A stretch of 63,088 bases of DNA, filler included, from Scyliorhinus canicula (GCF_902713615.1; 4 parts of 4 records of this genome joined end to end with filler, not necessarily neighbours in it); one strand, 5' to 3'. Positions 9,791-24,825 are shown, numbered from the whole stretch's first letter. The notes: generated by a model from the letters alone, not told the origin. Made by a program: numbers and translations.

Positions 9791-12414
9791 CCCGGCAGAA
9801 GGGGGCGGCTTTCCAGGCTCCGCCTTTTGATTCCCTGGTGGAGGCGGCGACTGGATCCACGTCCCGCCTTCCACACCCCCAACAGAATGGACTCAGAGAT
9901 TTAAATAGGTTATTATTTAAAAAACGATATTAGATCGGTATCGGTATATTTGTTTGGCTGAATGGATTCATTGTAATGTCTATCCTCATCTGAATGGGAA
10001 ATGATATTTGAACATCTCTGAGTAAAATCGAATTCCATTATATATTAAGTCTCTTTATTTCTGCTCTCCAATATAAAGGGATGAACATAAACAGATTAAA
10101 TTACACTATCAGGGAATAAATCGTCTGTCACTCAGATTTGCAACACTCCAGGACTCTATCCCATTACAACAGCAAAGTATAATTTATCAGACGAAATGTA
10201 ACTAAATGAGGGAATGAATGACGTGATTACATTTGCAGTGCGGATGGCCATCACTGTACAATGTGGATCTGTCGACAAGAATAAACTCTCAAATTACAAA
10301 AAGTCTCTCTTTACATTTCTCGAACTGTCCCTCAGCCTCAGACAGTCCTGTGAACATTAGCGGTAAAAGAAGCCGCTTGCCTGATAATTCAGCAGTGAGT
10401 TGACAGAGTAACATAAAATGCACATCAGCTTTTGACAGAGAAGTTAATGAATCAGAACGGACGCGGCGATAGCAAAGTTATCCTTCAGCATCCAAACCAT
10501 TGCAGCTAATTTTACTGACCACCGGCTGTCTAACATTCACTGGTGTTGGGAACACAGGATATCAGGACTTTGTGGCATATTACACAATATCACAGGAATA
10601 AATGCTTTATCTTCCACTGAAGCTGGTCATGAACTGGTCATTTCTCCACTCATTAGCAGCAATGAGAGGGACTGCTAAATAATGGAAATCCAGACAAATT
10701 AAACTGTACAGAACACGGTGCTAATCGGATATAAGAGACGCCTCCGTTTAAAGGAGATCAACAACTCGGAGAATATTCCAGGATTCCCCGCGAATTCAAT
10801 GCAGTATTTTAAAACTTTTAATTCATTTTATTTTATTTTTTGTAATTGGAGTCATCTTATTGAACTTGTGAATTGGGTCCACCAACACCACTCACTCCCA
10901 CTTCATTAGGTCTTTAACAAACGGACTTTAATAACTAGAGTGACCTTTACTCAGAACGAATATAAATTAAATAGCATCTGGTCAGGTTACTATTTTCAGA
11001 TTGTGTTTAATCTCATAGTGAACAAAACATTCAGTGAATATATTTCTTTGCATGGAACACCATTTAAAACGTTTACTTCATGTGCAACTAAACATTTATT
11101 GTTTGAATGGATCAATCCCATTTAATCCATTCATATTCAGGCTAATCTGCCCCACACAGTATTTGGCAGCAATCCAGCCGCCTGCAGTCAGGGAGGCTCG
11201 AATGTTCAATGTTGTTTACAGGAAGCATCTGGATTTGTTTTTCAGAGATCTGTTTGCTCAGTACTGACCGCTTGGCTGCAAGCCAACTTCAAACTCGTAA
11301 CATTGTCAATGAGGACTATTTATAAACAAATCTACCCAGCAACAGCACTGGAGATCATTTTATGTTTTAAATTGTGAACCTATTTGAACTGCTCCAATCT
11401 CTAAGGAAAGGAGAGTTATCCAGCTTCTCTGTCCCCTCTTCGCAGCAATATCCCGCTGGAGGATCTATCCCACATCTAATAACATTGTGATGATGGGTAG
11501 ACATGCAAGCAGACTGTCAGACAGAGTATCAGACAGAGGGTACATTTTGTAATAGGTAAACATGTAGATTTATGTGTTTTTCCTTTATTCTTCCGTGGAA
11601 TTTGGGACTCACTGTCAAGACCACCGGGTATCCCCTATCCCTAATTGCCCTTGAGCTGGGCCAGCTCAGAAGTCAGACATGTTGCTATCCGATTGGAGCC
11701 AAATGTAGGTGAGACCATGGAAGGATGTCAGATTTATTTCATTGGCGAAGCAGAGGGAAGTTCATGGTGACCAGTAGTATGTTTTTTCGATTTATTAATT
11801 GAACTCAAATCCCCCCACAGACTACGGGAGGATGTGTACCCAAATCCCCACAGAATTAGCCCAGGCCTTTGGATTATTGGTTCAATGACATTAATACGCC
11901 CCCACCATTCACCCAAAAGATAATGGGTTACTGCTTTGATGTAGTGATGGATGTTGGTTTGATGCGTGAATATTTTGATTGTGGAATTAGTGAATGGGAC
12001 TGATGGATGGATGGCTAGATGGTCCTGAAAGATACTGTTCTACATTCTCAATTCTGCACTTGATGGTTTCACAAATTAAAGCAGGTCCGTTATAATTTGT
12101 GTCAGTCTAATACATTCGGTGGCTGAAGCTGTTCTGGGTGAATTCCATCCCCTGACTATCGGGAACTGACGAAATGGACGTCACTGAGAGGAAACTGGAG
12201 ATATTCCTACGGTTCTGGTGATTCTTCTCTGCTGATGGTGAATCTTCATCTCAAACACAGAAAGCGGGAACATGATTACATTGAGAAGGGACAGCTGTAA
12301 TTTTTGGAACATGTCATTTCATGTACAATAAGTCATTCAAGATATCCTCGCCCAAATCAATGGAGATACCAGACCTGGAACAGAAATCCTGTGAAACTCT
12401 GTGGACAGCTGCAG

Positions 12415-12780
12415 ACATAGAACATAGAACATAGAACAGTACAGCACAGAACAGGCCCTTCGGCCCTCAATGTTCTGCCGAGCCATGATCACCCTACTCA
12501 AACCCACGTATCCACCCTATACCCGTAACCCAACAACCCCCCCCCCCCCCTTAACCTTACTTTTTTATTAGGACACTACGGGCAATTTAGCATGGCCAAT
12601 CCACTAACCCGCACATCTTTGGACTGTGGGAGGAAACCGGAGCACCGGAGGAAACCCACGCACACAGGGGGAGGACGTGCAGACTCCACACAGACAGTGC
12701 CCCAGCCGGGAATCGAACCTGGGACCCTGGAGCTGTGAAGCATTATGCTAACCACAATGCTACCCTGCTGCCCCCCCCCA
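12415..12780 (-). mobile_element. V-SINE (HE1-like) with CR1-type (TTCTATG)n tail
   Basis: tRNA head, V-domain, tail GGGCCTGTTCTGTGCTGTACTGTTCTATGTTCTATG. Confidence 0.92.
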
Positions 12781-13370
12781 CAATGCTACCCTGCTGCCCC
12801 CCCCCACAATGCTACCCTGCTGCCCCCCACAATGCTACCCCTGCTGCCCCCCCCCACAATGCTACCCTGCTGCCCCCCCCACAATGCTACCCTGCTGCCC
12901 CCCCACAATGCTACCCTGCTGCCCCCCCACATGCTACCCTGCTGCCCCCCCCACAATGCTACACTGCTGCCCCCCCCCACATGCTACCCTGCTGCCCCCC
13001 CCCCCACAATGCTACCCTGCTGCTCCCCACACAATGCTACCCTGTTGCCCCCCCACAATGCTCCCCTGCTGCCCCCCCACAATGCTACCCTGCTGCCCCC
13101 CCCCACAATGCTACCCTGCTGCCCCCCCCCACAATGCTACCCTGCTGCCCCCCCACAATGCTACCCTGCTGCCCCCCCACAATGCTACACTGCTGCCCCC
13201 CCACAATGCTACCCTGCTGCCCCCCCACAATGCTACCCTGCTGCCCCCCCCCCCCTGCTACCCTGCTGCCCCCCCCCACAATGCTACCCTGCTGCCCCCC
13301 CCCCCCACCATGCTACCCTGCTGCCCCCCCCACAATGCTACCCTGCTGCCCCCCCCACAATGCTACCCTG
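12755..13370 (-). repeat. Minisatellite made from the SINE 5' end, ~24-bp unit with variable C run
   Basis: ACAATGCTACCCTGCTGCCC(C)n reiterated, contiguous with the SINE head. Confidence 0.95.
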
Positions 13371-13949
13371 TTGGAATTACTTTCCAAAACAGTGTATAAC
13401 AAATTGGGAAGTAAAGATTCATTAACGTTACATTAGGTACAGGTATTTCATTTCTAACCGGACACTTTAAAAGCATCTCATACCCCAGTCTGCAGATTCT
13501 GTGTGACGATGAGGTGATTACTGACCAATACAGCGCAGAGGCTGCTGGGAGCTGCACATAATCCTCGGTCTGATTTAATTCCATTTCACATTGAATTCCG
13601 GTGCAGATGTGACTTCTTGGTGGCAGAATGGTAAATGCTAACTCAACTAAAGTTAATCTCAATAAATTATGTTAAACATACGAATATAGAAATTAGGAGG
13701 GGGAATAGGCAATTCAGACTTTCGAGCCCACTCCGTCATTCAATCATCATGGCTGATCTCTTCCTGGTCTCAAATCCACCTCCCTTAAATGAATTGCATT
13801 TGCATTTTGTGAAAGAAAGTGCGGATCATAATTGGTGAATGTAACTTTTTATGTTGTGAGTTGATGTTAATTGATTAATATCATTATTTTACTTGTGGCA
13901 TTGTGACAATTGGTAATATTCGCCAGGGAATTGCTAAACAATGACCAAC

Positions 13950-14750
13950 TCCAGGAAAATAGAATTGAACCATCGCCACTTGATATTGAATGATATTGCC
14001 ATTGCTTAATCCCCCATTATCAATACACTGGGGTTACCATTGACCAGAAACTGTCCTGGACTGGCCATTTAAATGCTGAGGCTACAAGATCCGGTCAGCG
14101 TCTTGGAAGCCTGTGGCGAGCAACTCACCTCCTGACTCCCAAAGCCTGTTCACCATCTGCAAGGCTCAAGTCAGGACTGTAATTGAATACTCTCCAGTGG
14201 CCTGGCTGGGTGCAGCTCCAACAAAATTCAAAAGCTCGACACCATCCAGGCCAAAGCAGCCCCGCATGATTGTCACCCTATGCACAATACTCATTCCATC
14301 CACCATCGACTAACAATGGCAATAATATACCACCACAAGATGAGCTGCAGGAACGCAGCAAGTTCTCATTTGAAACACCTTCTAAACCCAGGACCATTAC
14401 CTCCCAGAAGGAAAAGGCAGCTGATTCATGGGAGATCACCACCTGGAAATTCCCCTCCAAATATTATAGTCCCTGCTCTGCTGACGATGTCGAATGTTTA
14501 TTGAGGTTGACGAAAGTAAGGTGAAGAGATCTACCTCCAAATCACTCACTATCCTGACTTGGAAATATATCACCGAATCTTTGCTGTCGCTGGTGCAAAA
14601 ACCTACAACTGCCTCCCTAACAGCATCGTCAGTGTACCTGCACTAGAATGACTGTAGAGGTTCAAACAGGCAGTCACCGCCTCTTTGTGAAAGGCAATTA
14701 GCGATGGCCAATAAATCATGGCCTAGCCCTCAGCACCGGCCCCGGATAAC
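13950..14750 (+). mobile_element. Decayed LINE 3' fragment (CR1/L2 group)
   Basis: FTICKAQVRTVIEYSPVAWLGAAPT motif; same family at 17.6-18.5 kb and 38.4-38.9 kb. Confidence 0.7.
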
Positions 14751-15689
14751 TTAATTTAAAACTGTACTTTGTGGAACGGTGGCAATTTGTGAATCTGATT
14801 ATTTATATTCCTAAATGAATGACAATTGGGAATATAATTGCTATGTTTCTGATCATTTATGACCTATGCCTTCTCTGCTGGAAGAAATAACCATCCCGGA
14901 GGAGATTCATGATCCAAAATCATAACCAATAACTGAAAATAAAGTGGACAGAGGAGACCTGCAGCAACTATTGACATAACTCACTCATAGCAGCACTGGG
15001 AAGGCCTTTCCAATGGGTCACAGTTTTAAACACTTCACCTGCTTGCAGGCCGAATGTTGCTGGAAGAAAGGGGCTGTGTTTGCGTCGCAAGATTTACTCT
15101 GGCATAATCTGCTCCCTCTGCCACATGCCTACCTCTTCGCCTTACGTTCGTCAATCTCAATACAAATTTCACACTGTCAGCGGAGTAGGGACTATATATT
15201 GGGGAAAATTGGCTCCCCCTGTAGCATTCATCCCTTCCATCGCAAATGCACTGCACTGTGCAGATTGATGATTCCACTTCCGAATGATTCTAAGTGAAAT
15301 TGAGCGAAAGAGGACCGTGTCATTGACCCAACCTCTATTCAGCAGCTTCCTCTCCATGCTGCTGATCTTCGCCTTCCCTGAAGATATGGATGACTCCACT
15401 TGCACAGTCGGTAAGGCTGCAACCTCGGCAACCTTTCAGTCATGAAAACGGAGACTAATCACAATACATCCTCTTCAGAGAATTCCTCTATGCTTAAAGT
15501 TGGATAATCCACACAAAAACATCACTGACAGAGACTCATGGACTCTGTCCGAGGTGCCTTGTATCTTGTTCTTCTTCCATACGCATGAGGAAACTGTGGG
15601 AGTGGGACAAGGTGTTGCACTCTCGCCATGGTTCACACTAATAAGAGCCGGTGCGCAGATTCTGCTGTCGAGTTTCCACTGTGAGAGAC

Positions 15690-16360
15690 TGCCTGGATGT
15701 AGAATGTGATGCTGTCATTGCGAAAGCTGATACGACCTTTGCTTTACTCATTGAATGTTCATGGAATAACATCAAGCTGACCCTTTGGAACAAGCAGGTG
15801 GTTTATAAGGCCTGAACGCCCAGAAACTTTGTATGTCTGTGAAACAAGGAACACCTGCACATGTGAAGAAAAATAACTCAGCCAATGTCATCTTTGTTGT
15901 CTGCAATGCATTAGGATATTTACTGGCCGGACAAAATCAGAAAGGCGGCAGTTTTCTCAAAACAGAGCTTGCAATTCTCTTCAAGACAATTAAAAATAGG
16001 TGGTTTGCACATTTCCAGTCTGGTCCCTAAATGGGACATAGTCCACGACCAAGGAATTTCCACTTTGCGAAGTAGCCGGAGCCACGCACCCAGGGGAAGG
16101 CCGATATTCCACTTCAAGGATTCTTCCAAGTGTGATATAATGTCCCGAAACCTAAACATTGATCATCACAATTGGGTGTCATCATCTGCAAACTGAAAAA
16201 AATGGCGACACTTCCGGTGGGCTTGTGTGAGCCACCAGGACCAGTGGATTTAGCAGGTTTGAAATGGACACAAACCGAGAAAATGACAACCCAGAACGAC
16301 AATGGGAGCTTCATGTGCTACATTTGTGGAAATATTTGCTGTGAATCTATTGGAAATAGA
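15690..16360 (+). mobile_element. Decayed RTE-like LINE, RT C-terminus and terminal Cys motif
   Basis: IAKADTTF and KQVVYKA-like remnants, and FMCYICGNICCESIG resembling the RTE C-terminal zinc finger. Confidence 0.5.
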
Positions 16361-17639
16361 AGGATGCCGTGGCCTTTGTGAAATTTAATTGTACGCAACA
16401 TGTGCTTCACATAAACACAGACACATACACAGTCTCTCACACACGCATTCTCTCTGTCTACACGCACATCCATATTTCCCCTTTAAAACTAAAATCCCAT
16501 GTGACCTTCCTGAAGCTTCGGACACAATGGCCCCAACCATTTTGCAGGTGGCATAATGAATCAATAAACTCTCCCCAACACTATGTTTGTTAGATGAATG
16601 TTACATTTCCCATGGACTCCACAACCTCCAAGTAAACATTCCTCTATTTAACAAAGATGAACAAAAACGCGTGACCAGGAATTGAGCCACTTTGCTGTGG
16701 TGCTGATCTCAATGTGGGAGAATCAGCCAGCGACACCTGCAATTAGTTACACCTTAAAATTTAGCACCTCCCGTAGAAGGCGATGTGATATTACATTTTG
16801 TGCAAATGGATTATGGATACATCAACATCATGGATTATACCTGACAGCGACATTTTCACAGTAACTGCAATTGCAAAGTTTGGCCAGCAGATGGAATTTA
16901 AATCGAGATGTCTTGCATTACATGAAGCAGACATTGCCTCAATAATTACTGCTGCCTCTGCTAATTTTAAATTGGACTCCATCTGTATTTTGTTAGGCTA
17001 GACACTGTCTTAGTTTTTATACACGACACTCTGTTTCAATTAATACTGCACCAGTACTTATCAATGTTTATATCACACAATCAATGTGTTCCTATTTCAT
17101 ATTCAGGATCTGTCTCTGCAGTTTTGCCACATCCAGTCCTGAATAGTAATGAATAAATAAACAAAAGGCCGGAATAGAGCCTCAATAAAATTCCCCTCTT
17201 CAATGATACGGAGCCCAGCACGTCAGTGCAAAAAACAAGAGTGAAAGTTCCTGCCAGAGGTGCCGAGAGGATGATCCATCTCGGCCTCCTCCGGTGGTCT
17301 GCATCATCGTGGATGTCAGTCTTCAGCAAATTGATTCACTCCACACGATATCAAGAAACGGCTGACGGCGCTGCTAATGCATTATCCCTGGCAACATTCT
17401 AGCAGCAATACTGAAGATGTGTGACCTGGAACTGGCTGCGCCCCAGACAAGTTGCTCCAGTGCATACAGCACTGACATGTACCCAACAATCTGTAACATT
17501 GCCAAACATGACCCATCCACACAAGGCAGGAAAAAGCCAACCCGGCCAATTATTGGCCCATCGTCCGCATTCGATCATCAGCAACTTCATGAAAATGTCA
17601 AGGAGCATCCTGTCACGTATAGTATCCTAGCATAGTGCC

Positions 17640-18530
17640 CCGGCCCCGGACCTTCATCATACGGTCAGAAGTGGGGATGTTCATTGATGATTACCCAATG
17701 TTCTGCACCATATTCGATTACTCAAATACTGAAGCAGTCTGTCTTCATATACAGTAAGACTTGGACAACATTCAGGCTTGGGCTGACAAGTGTCAGGCAC
17801 TGACCACCCCAAAAATAGAGATGCTAACCAACTCCCCTTGATTTTAGTGACACTATCTTGATTGAATCCCACACCATCATTAGCATTGATGAAAAACTGA
17901 ACTGGAAGAACCATTTAAATAATGTGGCTACAAGAGCAGGTCAGTGGCTGGAAATTTTGCCGTGAGTTTCTCCTCCTGACTTCCCAACCCCTACTCATCA
18001 TCTAGAAGGCAGAAGTCAGGAGTTTAACTGAATATTCTCCATTTGTCTGAAGTGCGCCCCTCAAGCAACACTCGAGAATCTCAACGCCATTCAGGACAAA
18101 GTGGCAGGCTCCAGGAACAACCCATCCACCAGATGAAACATTCACTCCCTGCCTCACGTGTGTACAATTCTAGCAGCGTGAGCGATATATAAGGATCGAC
18201 TGCAGCAACTGCCTCCTTCTATACCACCTTCCAAACACACGAACTCTGACATTGAAAAGGACCAGGCCCGACAGACGCATTGTAACAGCAGGACCTGCAA
18301 GTTCCCCGACAAGTCTCACGCCATCTTCAGGATATCATAGAATTCACAGTGCAGAAGATGGGAACTATATCTCTGTTCCTTCACTGTCACTGGTCAAAAT
18401 CCTGGAACTCCCTTCCTATCAGCTCTGTGGGTGCACTTGCTCAGAATGGAATGCAATGGTTCAATAAGCGGGCTCAACACCACATTCCCAAGGGCAGTCA
18501 GGAATTGGCATCAAATGCTGACGTTACTGG
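17640..18530 (+). mobile_element. Decayed LINE 3' fragment (CR1/L2 group)
   Basis: Similar to 13950-14750 (GCTACAAGAGCAGGTCAG...GGCAGAAGTCAGGAG...GAATATTCTCC). Confidence 0.65.
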
Positions 18531-19149
18531 TATCCTGGAGCCGGCCACTTTGTCCTGGATGGCGTTGAGATTCTCGAGTGTTGCTTGAGGGGCGCACTTC
18601 AGACAAGATGCCATTAAATCATTTTAAACATATCTCTCAGCTTACATTCACCTAACCCCAGCCTCTGTTTACATTACACTCGTCGTGTCTCTATCATCAC
18701 AGCAGGCCCTGTCTCAGTTTCCCTGCACTCGGCTGAATATCAGTTGTTAATACAGGCCCACGCCCTGTTTATATTACAAATCATTAATAATAACTGCACT
18801 GAATCACGTCTCGGTTAGTCTGGCACGAACACGTCACAATCGTTACGGCATCAGAACGTTTATCTGTGCATCGTAAACTGGAACAACATTCTGTTTGCAT
18901 CACGTGGTTCGGTCTCAGTTATTACTCGACAAGATAATTAGATTCTAATATGCTCAATCCTGCTTTATTTAATTCTCCACCTGTCCATGTCCCTGTTTAT
19001 ATAACACTAGTCCCTGCCCCTGTTATTCTTGTGCTGTACGATATCCCTCTTATTGCTGCATTGATCATGTCTCAATTTGTATCAATCGACACTCCGCTGG
19101 ACCAGAACTCAGTTCATATTGCACTAGACCCAGTCTCTGATTATGTTAT

Positions 19150-19445
19150 CGGCGGCACGGTGGCACAGTGGTTAGCACTGCTGCCTCATAGCTCCAGGGT
19201 TCAATTCTTGACGATCCGTGTGGAGTTTGCACTTTCTCCCTGTGTCTGAGTAGCTTTCCTCCGGATGCTCCTGTTTCCTCCCATAATCCAAAAATACGTA
19301 GGTAGGTGTATTGGCCATTCTAAATTGCCCCTTAGTGTCCAGGGATGCGCAGGTCATGGTGCAAGGGCAGGGGATTGGGGAAGGTGTTCTTTCAGAGGTC
19401 GGGGCAGATGCTATGGGCCGAGTGGCATTCTGCCCTGTAGGGATT
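19150..19445 (+). mobile_element. V-SINE
   Basis: GGCGGCACGGTGGCACAGTGGTTAGCACTG head, V-domain, CR1-like tail. Confidence 0.85.
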
Positions 19446-21341
19446 CTCTATTTGATCCTGAATCTGCCTATTTTTCCGAGACCTGCTCACTTTTATTAAT
19501 GCACCAGATGATGCCTCTGTTTTGAATTGTGGGCGCATTATTCCACATGTCTTTGAGATGGAAAGATAATATAATGAATAGATATTTTGAACAAGAAATC
19601 AGTTTATTGCAACAGCCTGAAACGGGACGTGTAGTGTATACTGTGTGTGCTATGCAACATTTGATATTAATTTTCAGTGCAGTCAACTCAATTAGATTTT
19701 AGTTGGCATTTCTTCGTTGCCAGTGCCCAAGACCAATTCCTACCCAGAGAGCTGTATGTGTAGGAGGACGCAGAGTATTGTGTTCCCATGTGCTTGCTGC
19801 CCTTGTGATTCTCGGAGTTCTCGGGTATGGAAGGTGCTGTTGAAGAAATCTTGGCGAGTTGCTGCAGTGCATCCCGTCGATGTTACACAATGCAGCTACT
19901 GTGCCTGTTGTGAAGAGAATGAATGTTGCTGCAACATTAGGTTCTGTCTCAGTTATTTATCTAATGGTCCTTTGTTTATGTTACACAATTCCAACTATTC
20001 CATTTGCTTAGTTTATTGCACGGGGCCCAGGCAATAGAAGTTCAGTTGAACAATTTGATGTGGCTGCAAGAAGATCAGGGAGATCTGCGCTTGTATGTAG
20101 GTGCATCGAGGGTGCTGACAAGACAGACTATGACGTTTATCTGGACATTGATCAGCATTGCTTGCTGAAGAGTTTTAGACTATCACCTTTCCCTCAGTTT
20201 TTAAAAAATCTTCACAATTTCCACCACTTTCCATATTATTGTGCGTGGTCTACCGCAGCAATTACTGAGGCCGGGTCCAATGTACTATGAACAGAAATAT
20301 GGCCCAGTGCAGAACTGAGGCTGTATCTAGTGTAACAGAGACAGGTTTAAATTAATAGAAACAGAGTCAGGTTCTGTGTTAATGTAAAAAGAGACAAACT
20401 GGGTGCATTACTCCATTAGATCTAGGAGAAGAATTAGGCCATTCGACCCATCGAGACTGCTCCGCCATTAAATTATGGCCAATATGTTCCTAATTCCCAT
20501 TCTCCCTGCCTTCTCCCAATAACTCCTGAACGCCTCATTGATCAAGACATGACCTCTAATTGGTGGCCTAATTTAATATGAACAAAGAGAAATAGGTCCT
20601 TATTAATATAAACTGACACAGGTACAAGGTAGTATAATATAAACAGAGACGGGCTCACGGCCTGGTGCAATACAGAGGCAGGGACGACTGTCCCTTCAAA
20701 CATCCGCAGGGCAGGTGCATCACAGGTTTGTGACAAAGAGAAACTCCCTCACACTGTCCCCATCAAACATTCTCGAGCAGCTGCAGACTGTTTAGATATG
20801 TAATTAAATCCCCTCTACATACTCGCTCAAACACATTAACTGCCTGGAAACCAAGAGTTCTATACCAGGCAAAACTTCTTCTGCACTCTTCCATCAGAAT
20901 CCCCAAGACAGGTTGACAGTGGGGTTAGTTACAGGAACCTCTGCATTTTCCCATCAAACTCACCCAGGTCAGGTACAGCACAGTTCAGGTACGGAGTAAA
21001 TCTCCCTATGCACAGTCATATCAACACTCACAGGGCAGGTTCAGTGCAGGTTACATTCAAGTAACTTGCTCTACACTCTTCAGTCAAATGCTCCAAGGTC
21101 ACGGCAGCTTGATTAAGTACAAGGAAAGATTCTTCGGCCCTGCCACATCAAATCCTCAACCACCATGTACAGCCCATATCAGATATAGAGAAAATTGTCT
21201 CTACACTTCCATGAAACTCCAAAGGCATTTAATGCTCCAACCACATTTTAGCGTAAAACTCCCTCGACGGATTCCAATACATTGGATTCGATCCATTAGT
21301 TGGAAGCCAACGGGCTGAGTTCGGGCTGAGAGGGCTCTGAG

Positions 21342-21470
21342 AGGGCTGGTTTAGCTCAGTGGCCAAGACAGCTGGTTTGTGATGCAGAACAAGACCAGCG
21401 GCGCGGGTTTCGCTTACCGGAATGGGCGCCGGAATGTGGCGACTCGGGGCTTTTCACAGTAAAATTTTAT
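21342..21470 (+). mobile_element. Second tRNA-derived SINE family (GGGCTGGTTTAGCTCA head)
   Basis: Head plus GGCGCCGGAATGTGGCGACT(A/C)GGGGCTTTTCACAGTAA tail. Confidence 0.75.
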
Positions 21471-22669
21471 TAGTGTTGGCCACATGTCGATTAAAGACAA
21501 TGACCCTTCGTGGAGAGGCATGAGATCAAACCAGTTATGAGAGACACACAGAGAGATAGGATACAGGAAAATTCTACTAACATACTTGGCATGCCCTTAT
21601 ATTTAGAGATTAGAGGGAATATTTCCTAATTATGAACATGGATAACATCATGACATTTTTCTCATATAACTGATGAATAAATAAATGTCGAAAAACAAAC
21701 ACTATTGGAATTCGTTGATCTATTTGCATCTTTGGCTCTATTAATGTGCTGTGTTGGTGGGGAAACATTTGTTTTGCTTTTCTCAGGCCGCAATCTAATC
21801 TGGAACTTCTATTTCTGTGTTTATTTACATAAACACCTCACTGGTCACAATTCAGCAAAAGGAGACAAACACAATCACTCATTGATTAGTTTCAACTCAA
21901 AATAGCGGGTTATTTTAAGAATATTGACAGTTGGTTAAATGAATAGAAACTTCCATTAGAACAGATGTTACTTAATTGAAATAAAAATACTTTAAATTAA
22001 GTATTCATTGTGAAAGTTCTGATGCCTCAATTAATAAAGCATCTTTAACCAGCTACTTTTCCACTGAATGTTAATTTGATTGAAATATTAACCGATTTAA
22101 AGTAGATAACTTGAAACATCAGGCAGAGGATTGAATTGTAGTCACATCAATCTCAGATCTTTCAACATATTACAACTTGCATTTTAAAATGTTAACATTT
22201 GGAAAGGGATTGCTTTTGTAAAACGCTTTATCCGACCTCAGATCATACCAACGCCCCTAAAACTCACTGATATATTTTTGCTGAATTTAGTCACTTCTGT
22301 AATGTTGGAAACAGAGCAGGGAATTTGTGCACAGCAAGCACCCACAAACTGAGATGTGGCAAGTGACCAGCTAATCTGTGATTTTAGATGCAGAACGGGC
22401 ATTGGTCCAAGATACTGGGAAAAGCAGCTCTGCTCTTCAGAATTATAACAGTGAGGTATCCACCTGAAATGTGAATCTGTTCCTCCCTCTGCTTTTTTTG
22501 TTGTTTATGTTGTAGATTTCCAGAATCTGCAGCACTTTGCACAGTTTTGGATTCATTCTCGCCATACAGCCATCATTGACAAAGTCAGCATTAACTATCC
22601 ATCCTGAGAAGCCTAATGTGAACCACCTTTTTGATGAGATGCATTCGAGCGATTTTATTATCATTTGAC

Positions 22670-23360
22670 TTTCTGTAGCATCTTCCCTTCAACTGACTTG
22701 CTTGCTTGGCAATATCAGAGATAGTTAATAGTCAATCACATCATTGTTGAACTAGAGTCACATAGGGGCCAGACAGAGTAAGGAGGGAAGCTTTCTTCTC
22801 CTGAAGGACGCTGGTGAACCTGCTGGGCTTTGCGAAATTTCGATGGCTTCATAAGTATTATAAATGACGCGCCAATTTTTGGCTGATTGATTAAGTCATT
22901 CAATTGAAAGTCTACAGCTGCCATAAAACCATAAGATTTGGAGCAGAACTTGGCCATTCGGCCCATGGAATATGATCTGCCATTCAATGAAATCGTGGCA
23001 AATCTGGTAAAATCCTAGACTCCACATTTCCACTTTATTCCCATAACCCTTGATTCCCTTACTGATGAAAAATCTGTTTGTCTCAGCCTTGAACATATCC
23101 ATTGACCAGGCGAACTCTCTACGGCAAATAATTCTATAGAAGCACTACGCTCTGAGAGAAGAAATTCCTCTTCATCCTCGTCTGAAATGAGTGGCACATT
23201 ACTCTGAGATTGTGCCCTATGGTGCTAGGCTCTCCCAAAAGCGGAAACAACCTCTGGCATCAACATTGTCAAGCCCCCTGAGAATACTATATTCAGTAAT
23301 CTCGCCTCTCATACTTCTAAACTCCAATTCGTGTAGGCCAAACCGACTTAAGCTCTCCCC
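22670..23360 (-). mobile_element. Decayed CR1 3' fragment
   Basis: KAETNRFFISKGIKGYG on the minus strand and a CR1 3' UTR hairpin. Confidence 0.65.
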
Positions 23361-23409
23361 ATTTCAGTTTCTGTGGTCTTACAGCACCAGGCTAAACTCC
23401 CTCCTCAGT

Positions 23410-23517
23410 TGGGAGCGAAAGCTAGTGATTTGAAACAAACCTGTTGGACTTTAACTTGGTGTTGTCAGACTTCTTACTGTGCTCACCCCAGTCAAACGCC
23501 AACATCTCCACATCATG
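23410..23517 (+). mobile_element. Penelope-like terminal repeat fragment
   Basis: GAAAGCTAGTGATTTGAAACAAACCTGTTGGACTTTAAC...CATCTCCACATCA, recurring through the window. Confidence 0.65.
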
Positions 23518-24825
23518 GCCACAGTCTCCATGGTGAAATTGGTCAGCGTGTTTGGCTGTTTACCGCAAGGTCTGTGATTCAAGGCCGGATTCTTCTTTAT
23601 TTGCTGACAGGTAGAGTAACGATGGGTCGAAAGATCTCTTTCTGTGCTGTGAAATGCTACCTACCTTTGAAAATCCCTCCATACTCGAGATTAACAAAAC
23701 CAAACCTGTTCTGGACTGCCTCCAAAATATCTATCCTTATATAAGGAGACCAAAACTGTTCACAACATTGCAATATGCCCTGGTGGAATTTGTACTCCTG
23801 TGTCTGGAGTATTAGTTCAGGCCTTCAGATTACCCATTTTGTAATAATTTGCGAGACTATCCAGAAGACTGTAATTCATCACATCTAAAAGATGGAACAA
23901 TTGAACATTAAACACTCCTTCTGCATTGGATCACAGGTCTGGATCATATGCTTAGTATCTGTTTGGGAGGTGATAGTGATTCCACCGAGGCAAGAGTGTT
24001 AACCTATCATGGTTTGTATTTTGACATTCTGAAATATTGCTCAGTGATTCTAAAGTTCAAACTATGGGTCCAGTCTTAAATAGGTCAATTTAATTTTCAG
24101 AGGCTGGTCTTTTACTAGCCTTGGGTCTTATTCTGGCATGATGGCAATGGTTATAGGGAATTCCACTGGCTCCATATAAATATCAGTTACTCAAAAAATA
24201 CACACCAGTCTCTGTTTTATATACCGGACCATGTTCCTGTTGCTTGTTACGATATTCTAAATGATTGTATATATTTGCTTATTTATACGAGTACAATCAT
24301 TGTTGATTTAGAGATTATATTAATTCTTGTTCATACCTATAGTAGTTCTATGAAATGTGTATTTGCTCTGCTATCATGTGGGTAATATTGAGTTTAATAT
24401 TTTACCACCGTCCCAGTAATGAACTGAGCTTGAGGGACAGGTCTACATGTGAACATCGCTGCACTGCAATTTCCAAAAGTTAATGGAAATCTATGTTTTG
24501 TTCAAAATTATGAATTTACTCTTGTATTACACTCTATCCATTAGAAAGTTGTTTTCATGGTGAGGATTCTTTTCCTGCCTCGTTTTATATTCACCAAACG
24601 CCTAATATACTGGCGGTGTTAGACAGATCAGTGCTCCAACAGAATCACCAGAATGGCACCCACAGGATAAATGTCCACCCAATCATAGAACTCCCATCTG
24701 GTTAAGAGGATCAAGTGAATTCACTTCAAAAAGGGATTGGTCGTTCGCATAGGTGTACATATAATAATTTTCGTTGGTTTTGCAACTGTAATTTATCAAG
24801 ACGTTAAGTTATATTCAGAATTAAT

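Noticed and set aside
12735-13436. Pro/Cys-rich ORFs resembling keratin-associated proteins
   Set aside because: Translation of the SINE-head tandem repeat.
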